From assembly GCA_964247055.1 (NCBI GenBank), contig OZ176050.1, forward strand, positions 5,580,001-5,644,000: DNA of 64,000 nt, written 5' to 3'. A program made the position numbers and the translations under genes. The stretch comes from Paragordius varius (Eukaryota; Animalia; Nematomorpha). Shown in pieces: positions 55,098 to 64,000 of the stretch; position 1 is the first letter of the stretch, and every line of letters begins with the position of its first letter. Under the pieces are notes generated by a model. The model was not told the DNA's origin, ran no database searches, and was given only the letters and a program-made list of their open reading frames with translations.

Positions 55098-57235
55098 ATG
55101 GCTTCTAATTTTGATTATTTATTATGATATTGAGTGTTTATTCGACGAAAATTTTGTTTAATCAATCAATAAATTAGTAGCTAGATTTTGTTAATTAGGG
55201 TTGTGAATATATTTTTCAATCAAAGTGTACATTACATGATAAGTCAATATTGCTAGAGGAAATTTACCTATTCAGTCAGAGTTGATAACTTTGGATAATT
55301 TGATTATTAAAATCCTAATTGTATTGAACGCTAAAAAATGTCTAAAATAATGTTAAACAATGGAGCATCAATTTATCATGATCTGCTGATTCGAATATAA
55401 ACTTACAAGGAGAGATTAGACATTATAATTTTTTGCCTAATCGTTTAGATAGCTCCATTAAAATATGTGGGCAAAAAAGGTGGTTGGATTAAATTCGGAA
55501 TGATCAGAAAGCATTACTTCTGCTATTATATAGATATAAAGTGGGTAAGCTAAGTGCTGGTGCCAATGTGTGCTGAAAATTTTTTAATCGTAGCATTGTT
55601 CGGTAGTTAGCCCATATGTAAATCGAATTTTGATAGGAGCGACTATTTTGAAGGATTTTAAAAATTATACGTCTCTTTTTTGAATATTCCAAGTGATGCA
55701 ATCTATTTGTTTAAATATGGTGTGTATCGAATACCTAGTGTTTTTAGTTTTTTTAAGAGTAAAAGTAAGCTAAAACACGTCAGCGCATATTTTTTTGGTA
55801 GTTCGCAAAACATTTTCTTTATAAGAGATATTTCTGTTGAACATTGTTTTGTAATTCAATTTAAAATTTTGTTAAGATTTTAATATATTTTTAAAAGGAA
55901 TAAATTGTTGTGATAAATTGGGGAAATCAAATTAATTCAAGATTTTTTTTATAATATAAGTGTCTTTATATAGTTTTAAGCATGCCTCAAAATAGAAAAT
56001 TACGTAAAAGAATTGCTTTTTTGAATAATTTTATATGCACATGAAAATCTTTATATACAGGCCAAAAATATCTTGATGAAAATGTATTCCTGTTAAATAT
56101 ATTATCTCATTGTGGGCTTTACGAGTTTATGAAACCAAATAAAATCGTAAAAGTTGCGGACATTTATTTCGCTTATTATTTTTTTGGTGAAAGCTTAAAG
56201 CTTCGGTCTAAAAAATATTAAATAAATTATAACTATATAAAATGCCTAACAATATTTTAAATGTCATATTTTACTTAAAAATGGGCGAATGTCTAAAATT
56301 TTGGGATTATAAATAAACACAATATTTTCGAGATTGCTCAATAAAATATATATTATGCCATCAAAACAATTAAAAAGAAATGGATAGCAATAAAATTTAA
56401 TGTTCGTAAAATTTTGACGCTTATTTGTTTTGAAACATGGTTTCAAACATTTTAGATATCATATATTTTTATACATATTTCGATGAGGCTAAACTTTTTT
56501 AACACCTCGGATTTTGGAAAAAAAATTCGTTTGAGCATCATATTATATATAAAGATTGTTTTTATCATACCTAGTTTAAATATCGTTTCATCATGTTACA
56601 AATACCATAAAATCCGCTAAATTTAATTTTTATAAAAAGTAAATTGCATTTCAAAAAAAACTTTTTTGAAGTCGTAATCTAGCCTGTATTTAATTTTTTA
56701 CAATCTCGGCATTTTTGCGTTTTTTAAGCATACTAGCAATTTTATAAGGATCCAAAATTTTAAATTTCGAAGCCTACGTCTAAAAATTAAAATTTATTAT
56801 ACATATTGATATGCTTAAAAACGAGGTTTGTGATATACTTCAATGATATTTTTGAAATAAACCATTTAGCTTTTACAAAAAAGTTATTCATTCGAATGTG
56901 CGCTATTTCGATATGAAGATTTGCACAATAGGGATATTTTCAAATGACTAGTAAGGCTCAACCCAGAGCACCAAGAGAATCCTGATACATTTATCTATAA
57001 ATGAAGATTGTGATATATTTTAATGATATTTTGAAATAAAGCATTTAGCTTTTAGGATAAAAATTATTCAGCCGAATGTGCGCTATTTCGATATGAAAAT
57101 TTGCACACTAGTGTGATTTTTAAATGTAGTAAGTCTCAAAACCCATAGCACCAGGAGAATGCTGATATTATCTATTAATATATATATACTGCGTCGAATA
57201 TCGGGAGGTATAAACAAATAACCTTAGGAAATATA

Positions 57236-58380
57236 TATATTCTGATAGAAGAATGTATTCAGATTATCATAGTGCTTGTGGTTTCGGCCCTTACGAGCGA
57301 TTTTAGAAAATTTTTTTTGTGGTAAGTGGATATCGAGAGATGACAATATTTGAGCATATTTTGTGTAATAAAAATTTTTGGGTGAGAGCCAAATGCTTCA
57401 TTCAAAAAATATCACTAAAATATATCACAAACTACCTATGAAAAGCAAAACAATTTTTTAAAAAAAATTAAATTTTTAGATGTGTGCTCCGAATATCCAA
57501 ATTTTATATGGGCTGTAAAATAAATGCAAAAAAGCCGGGGCGATAAAATTTTTAAATATAAGCTAAATTTTGACATCAAAAAAACATTTTAATTGAAAAA
57601 GCTTACTTTTTATAAAAAATAATTTTTTAGCAAAGGTGAAGGGCCCTTCAAATTATTTTTAGGCAAGATGGAAAAGCTTAAAAAAGCTTTTTAATATTGT
57701 AAAAACGCTTTTTCTACATAATTTGATGGTGCTGAACATTTCTATCGCCTCAGAATTTTAATTTAAAGGTTCGTTTACTTTCAAATTTTTTTGAATTTTA
57801 TTTAAAAGAACACGACTATTAGAAATTAACTTCCAGACAAAATTTTAATTTAAATTTTGAAGTGATAGAAATGTTCAGCATCATCAAATTATATAGAAAA
57901 GTGTTTTTATAATATATAAAAGCCTTTCTATACTGTTTCCATCATGCCTAAAAATAGTGTGAACACAAAATTTTGCTAAAATTAAATTTTTGGAAAAATT
58001 AAGCTAAAAATTTTTGTTGGATGTCACTATTTAGCATAAATGTAAAAATTTTATCGCTCAATCCGGCCATTGTTGTTTTTATTAATGAACTAGCCCATTT
58101 AAGAATAGCAAAAAATTTTAAGACTTTCGAAATCGACATCTCAAAATTAAAAATATTGTTTTACTTTTCATGGGTATTTAATATATATTTTAATGATATT
58201 TTTTGGAATAAAGCATTTAGCTTTCACCAGAAAAAATTATGGAAAAAAATGTGGTCAATGCCATTTTCTGATATGGAGCACTTGCCACAAAAGTGTAAAT
58301 AACTTTCTTATATCACGCGTAAAGGCCAAAAAACCAAAAGATCCATGATAATCCTGAAACATTTTCCTAATATATTTTAA
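57236..58380. mobile_element. Foldback-type element with long inverted arms, next to (TA)n
   Basis: Left end TATATTCTGATAG..ATGTAT.CAG.TTATCAT mirrors the right end; partial tandem right-arm copies at ~56820-57180. Confidence 0.65.
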
Positions 58381-58764
58381 TAGATTAGTTTTTTGTGGAC
58401 ACAGTATATATATATATATATATATATATTTATCCTCCCGATTTTGTGCATTCTATATTTTACGACAGCCACTATCTACCTATATAGTTTTAAAATGTGA
58501 AAATATTTGTTGAATTAAAATTACGGAGAGCATTGAATATGCCTGGATTCTCTTGTTATTTAGAGAGTTAGTAGGAATAATTAAGTTTTTAAATGGAAAC
58601 ATTACGAAATAGCAAAAATGATATATAGTTGAAATAGTAAGCTTTTTGATCTGATGTTAACTTTTCACTTTTATAATAACAAAAACCATTGTAATATATT
58701 ATATAATTTATATTGCTAAATATAATTGTAGTAGCGAATGACAAGATTAGTATAAAATATTGTG

Positions 58765-59666
58765 CTAAATGCCTTCCAAAAATCGTTTCGGGACTTTTGA
58801 AATACGACCTTTGGAAGATATTTGATCCGATTTCACAATTTGTGTTTCAAAATCTTCATTTAATGGTTTGCTATCTTTGATAACATATTTATTATTAATC
58901 CTTTCAATCTTTAAAGTTGGAATGGAATTTTCTGATATAGAACACTAAAAATAAAGAATAAAATTTACCATATTATCATGAAATTTAGATTTTGCAAATA
59001 ATTTGGGGTGCTTTGCTTTGAAATTTCCAAACCAATCTTGACCGGCCATACCATCGCGTTCCCAGTTAGATGGATAATTTAAATGACATGCTTTAGCTAT
59101 ATCAAAAGCAAGCGTGCGTATCTAAACAAAACGCAATATATCAGGTGTAAAAAAGAAAAATAATAAAATGGAGTAAATTTTACCAGCTTGCTTGGTATTT
59201 CTTTGTATTTAATGTTTGCCATAGCTATGCTGTCACATAAAATTTGCTCATTTTCCCCTGAAAACACTGCTTTTGACACGTTCCATCCCATTGTCGGATA
59301 ATTATTAGTTTTTTTGTACTTATCATATATTCTTTTCATTGTAGAGTTGCATATATTAAATTTTTTTGCTGCAGAATAACAATTATGACCAGCCAATACG
59401 TAATCAATCGCTTGTTTCGCTCTTTCTTGGGAAACACCGGATTGTGTATGTCGTTCGGGATTTCTCATTAATTGATCAAATTTAATGAATGTAAAATATT
59501 TTTCATTTAACCCCTAGCTCATGAGAATTTTTTTTAATTTTTAGATTATTGTGTCTTACATGGATATTGCCTATTTTGTATATAGTTATGGTAGCACTGC
59601 GAAATTATATATTGGATACAATGGATAAGTATTGTCAATATATGTTGCATAGCCACTATAAATCAT
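58765..59666 (-). CDS. Transposase-derived DNA-binding protein: psq-type HTH plus CENP-B-type HTH, no DDE domain (~248 aa)
   Basis: Exons 59666-59620 and 59596-59560 (lower confidence), 59513-59184, 59121-58969, 58944-58765; all GT-AG and open. Motifs AKQAIDYVLAGHNCYSAAKKFNICNSTMKRIY, VFSGENEQILCDSI...IRTLAFDIA...WERDGMAGQDWFGNFKAKHPKL, and basic tail KGRISKVPKRF. Confidence 0.75.
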
Positions 59667-60860
59667 GAGAACTTTACTTCTTGAACTAATATATCGAACT
59701 TAAAAAATGTAAACAGTATCAACCCCTACGCTGCCCTCAATAAGTGCACTAGCTAGCTACATTTTAACAATCTCTCTGAAGTAATATTTTTTTAAATAGT
59801 TAGTTATTATGTTGGAACGGGAAAATGTTTTGAAAATGCACCGTATCTTGTGAACAAGGATGTATTCTGTATTGTATTATGTTCAAGATTTAGTCGCTTT
59901 TGTTATAAAATGGGGCTATCTGCTTACCACGCTACATGCTTCAACTAGAAATAAAATTTTACAAATAATAAATTAAATTTTTTAATAATCTCATTAATAT
60001 CATTTAAGCAAAAATATTTGCCGTATAAAGTCAACTATTACTAATTGATATATCTGAAAACTGCAAATGATATTGTTTCTTAATCCGTGCTTTCTATGCC
60101 CAATATATTCTATCCCTCTTTGAGCTTTGTTTAAATAATGTTATAGATATAATTTTTTAAATGGAAAATATTGGTAAAACAAACGATTTCTCCTGACAGG
60201 AAAACGTTTTGATTGTCTGGGAAAATGCTTTTTCCCGGAGTGGTTTGCTTGTATAAATATCTGCACTATGCAATATCGGTATTATTAGGTGCACAGCCCT
60301 TGACACAAGAAAAATATTTATTCGGCCCTTTAATGGTGAGTACCACTGATTTAAACTGTTAAACTTTACGATGTGGTTTGTGCTTCTTTATTGGTTTTTA
60401 TGATTGTTGTTAATAAAAGATTATTGACAATTTCAGCAAACAATCGAGACTTCTACTAAAAAACCTGCAGGAGTCATTTTCTATTCGGAGTTGAAAATAA
60501 TATGACATTTCCATTTAAAAATACCGTTTTTATATAGGAATCAAACAAAATCTATTAAATTCTAGTTTGAAAGCGAATGAAAATACCTTATGTTTGGGGG
60601 CATGGTGCGTTTTTTTCCAACTCGTCTCGATAGTAATTTAATGATTAATAATTATAAAAAAATTTATTGGACCCTTTGTGGGTTTGTGGTCATCAAATCT
60701 CAGTTATGGTATTTAACGAGAATATTTTATTTAAAAAAACTTTTCTAAAAGACGCATGCTGAGATCGCGCTATAGCAATTTATAGCGTATGCTAAATAAC
60801 ACTGCGTCCGAAATCGGGGAAAAAACCCTTAAGATATATGTATATATATATATATATATA

Positions 60861-61997
60861 TTCTGATAGGAAAATGTATCAGGATCATGGTTATTTTGGT
60901 TTTGGCCGAGTGATATAATATAATTATTTGCCATTGTGGTGGCTGCTTTATATCAGAAAATAGTAAAATTTGTTTTATTTAAAGTAAATGGTTTATTTCA
61001 AAAAATATCACTAAATACATAAACTACATATAACAAGAAAAACAATATTTTTATAAATTTTAATTTTTAGATGTTGACTCCAAAAGTCCCAAATTTTTTC
61101 GGTCTTCTAAAATGAGATAGTTCTCTTTAAATTAACGCAACAATGCCGAGATTGCGCAATCAAAAATTCAAATATATGCTAAATTTTGATATCAACTAAA
61201 AATTTTAAAAGATGCATATTTTTTAAAAATTTAATTTTCAGCAAAAAAAATTTTGGTACTTCATACTATTTTGAGGGATAATGGAAACGGTTTTAAAACG
61301 CTATAAGATACTATAAGAAGACTTATTTTAATATAATATGATGATGCTGAACATTTCTATTGCTACAAAATTTTAATTTAAAGGTTCGTTTAAAAATTGT
61401 TAATTTTTTTAAAAAACACAAATTTGATTTAAAATAATCTTGAAGACGAACGAATATAATCAAAAATTGAAGTAATAGAAATGTTTAGCTGTATCGAGTT
61501 ATGGGGATAAAGTGTTTTATATTATCTTAAAGCCTTTTTATACCGTTTACATCGTGTTTGAAAATAGGATGTAGTACCCTTTAAACAAAATATTGCTAAA
61601 AATTATTTTGAAAAATGCTATTTTTTAGAAATATTTTTAGTATATAAATTTAGCATATATTTAAAATTTTATCGCGCCATCTCGGCATATTTGCGTCTAT
61701 TTTAAGAGTTCTCATTTTAGAAGAGCCAATAAATTTGGATGTTTCGGAGTCCACATCTAAAAATTAAATTTTTTTAAAAATATATACTGTTTTACTTATA
61801 TATATTTTATGATATATTTTAGTGATATTTTTTGGAAAAGCATTTGGCTTTACAAATTTTTATTTACAAAATGTGCGCAAATTTTGCCATTATCTTATAC
61901 GCCGCACTCAAGAAGTGTAAATAACTTTCTTAAAACATTTGTAAGGGCCAGAACCAAAAGCACATGATAAACCTGATACATTTTCCCATCAGAATAT
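60861..61997. mobile_element. Foldback-type element, same family as 57236-58380
   Basis: Inverted arms of ~440 bp (60861-61300 vs 61530-61997); TATTCTGAT(A/G)GGAAAATGTATCAGG termini. Confidence 0.75.
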
Positions 61998-62719
61998 ATT
62001 CCTTACAGGATATTTTTATGGACCTGTGTAATAATTAAAAATTAATTTTTAGCATAGTTGATGCTTTTTGGTATTTTTAGTACTGTTGAAACCGTAAAAA
62101 TTTTTTTTAAATAATTAGATGGTGCTGATCATTTCCATCACTTCAGAATTTGGTTCAAAAAATTTTAAATTTAAGTAGTTTTTCCTGAAAACAGTTCAAA
62201 TTAACTTATATTGAGAGGCATAAGAATCTTTTAATCTATATTCTAAGGTGATGCTTACAGCATCGAATTATATACAAAGTTTTGTAATATCTAACGCCTT
62301 TTATACCGTATCATATTTCATATAATAAAATGCGTTTCAACACTATTTTGAGAAATATTTTTAAGCAAAGTATGCATTTTTTTTCAAAAAAATCAAAATC
62401 AACTTATATCAATCCATGCAATATGCTTTTTTAGAGTACCATTTTAGAGGATTTGTTAATCGAAATATTTATAAAAGTGTAGGTGGATCTGGATTTTTTT
62501 TCAGACTATAGGACTACAAAATATATATACTCAATTTATTTACAAGATATCTAGATAGAGCCAATATTTTGAGAACCCTGTATTATTCCCGCTCAGAATA
62601 TAAATTTTAAAAAAATCCAGAACCTCAAACTTAATATCATTAATTTTTCGGAATCCCCATAAGCTGTTCAGTAAAACCTAAATTTCATGCATCCTTTTTT
62701 GTAAATTTATAACACTAGA

Positions 62720-63840
62720 CAACAAATTTTAACTTTTTTTAACTGCCATTCTTGTAAATTTAAAATTTATTTTATTAAAGTACATAATTAGTATATCTGA
62801 AAAGAAAATTGGTCTAGCATGCAAGAATTTTTTTATATTAGAGTTTATCGATAGTTTTTGGCCCCGATTTAACATTAAACTCGAAATTTCGAAAATTAAA
62901 AGTTTTAGATATGAATCCATGTATTTTATATCATTCGAAAGAGCGCAAAAAACTGCAACTTTTAAATGGTAGTAAGTCATTTAAATCAATTAGATGTAAA
63001 AGTTATTTGGATTTAAATGGTCGAAATTTTTAATCCTTAAATAAGTCAAGAATTTTCACAGAAAAACTAATTTAAAAATCATATAAATTATTTTAATATA
63101 ATTATTAGAGTTATATTAGTATTTTATTTAAAAAAAGGTTTAAAAAAGCTTTTGGTTTGCTTTTTTAATAAAAATTATTATTATCATAAATATTTTACCT
63201 AATGGATACTAAAATGCATAGTTATAACTGTTAATTTATTACATAATGGCTATAAAAGATCAAAAATACCTTAAACCTTTTTTATCTTCAAAATTTCGAA
63301 ATTATCAGCCTCGTAAAGAAAATAAATTAATATTGATGAGATGGTAATTTTTAAAAAACAAAAAACTTAAAAATGGCTGTTTTGAGTGACATAAAAGCAA
63401 TAAAAAAATGTTCTAATTAAAAAAACTTTCTTGTGTTATCTTTTTTGGACATTCATCACCATCTAAACAAAGTTTGAGCTATGTTCATCCATTAGTTTTT
63501 AATATATGATAATTAGAAAAAATGCTCTCGCTTCGCGCTTTTGTCGCTCTTTGTGTCCAATACTAACTGTCGATGTAATACATATTAGTATGCATTTTAT
63601 AGAGTTTTTATTACTCTTTCGAATGATATATTACAAATGGGCATTACTAATATTTTCAAAGAAAAATATTTTTTAGTAAAATTTTGATAAAGAGGGCGCA
63701 TAATCAAAAAAATCCAATTATACAAAATTCTTCCAACGAGTTATAATTTTTATTTCAGATTTACTGCTTAAAATGATACTAAATATCAGAAAATGCAAAA
63801 AACTCGATTGGCAGAAAAATTTGTTGTCCAGTGTAATTAA
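62720..63840 (+). repeat. Dispersed repeat, homologous to 16920-18140
   Basis: Co-linear sequence similarity. Confidence 0.75.
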
Positions 63841-64000
63841 CACAAATTAATAATCTTTTTGATTAAATATAAAAAACCAATCATATATAAAATTTCATGT
63901 GACGAATTCTATCTTTCTGACGCAATGAATATATTTTTTGGGGATATTTTTTAAAACATTAATTTAAAGTCTCAATTAAGTTAAATATAAAATAAAACAT

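Noticed and set aside
55380-55720. Possible PRMT THW-loop exon (- strand) or RTE LINE remnant (+ strand, KRWLD*IRND)
   Set aside because: Only short motif resemblances with stops; no consistent model.

Overview
Very AT-rich invertebrate (metazoan) nuclear DNA, dense in non-autonomous transposons. It is not prokaryotic, and no tRNA, rRNA or CRISPR array was seen. Most supplied ORFs are exon pieces or repeat noise, so I built spliced models by hand. Genes: (1) a partial catalytically dead trypsin-like gene (+, 395-921); (2) a secreted protein with six 6-Cys EGF modules plus a dead trypsin domain (-, 19823-9354); (3) a secreted C-type lectin whose domain is split by a ~230-aa insert with a polybasic site (-, 36434-27428); (4) a compact cluster of NUFIP1 (+), SFT2D1/2 (-), a 62-aa membrane smORF (+) and a ~1,700-aa ARMC8 (+, 39729-55097); (5) a transposase-derived psq/CENP-B HTH gene (-, ~59666-58765). 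The main unusual signal is the splicing. Eleven introns of 22-26 nt sit beside multi-kb introns. Two of them, both in SFT2, restore the conserved protein only with a non-canonical GT...TG boundary, and acceptor choice looks governed by distance from the donor. Human-protein alignments are from memory and need database and RNA-seq confirmation.
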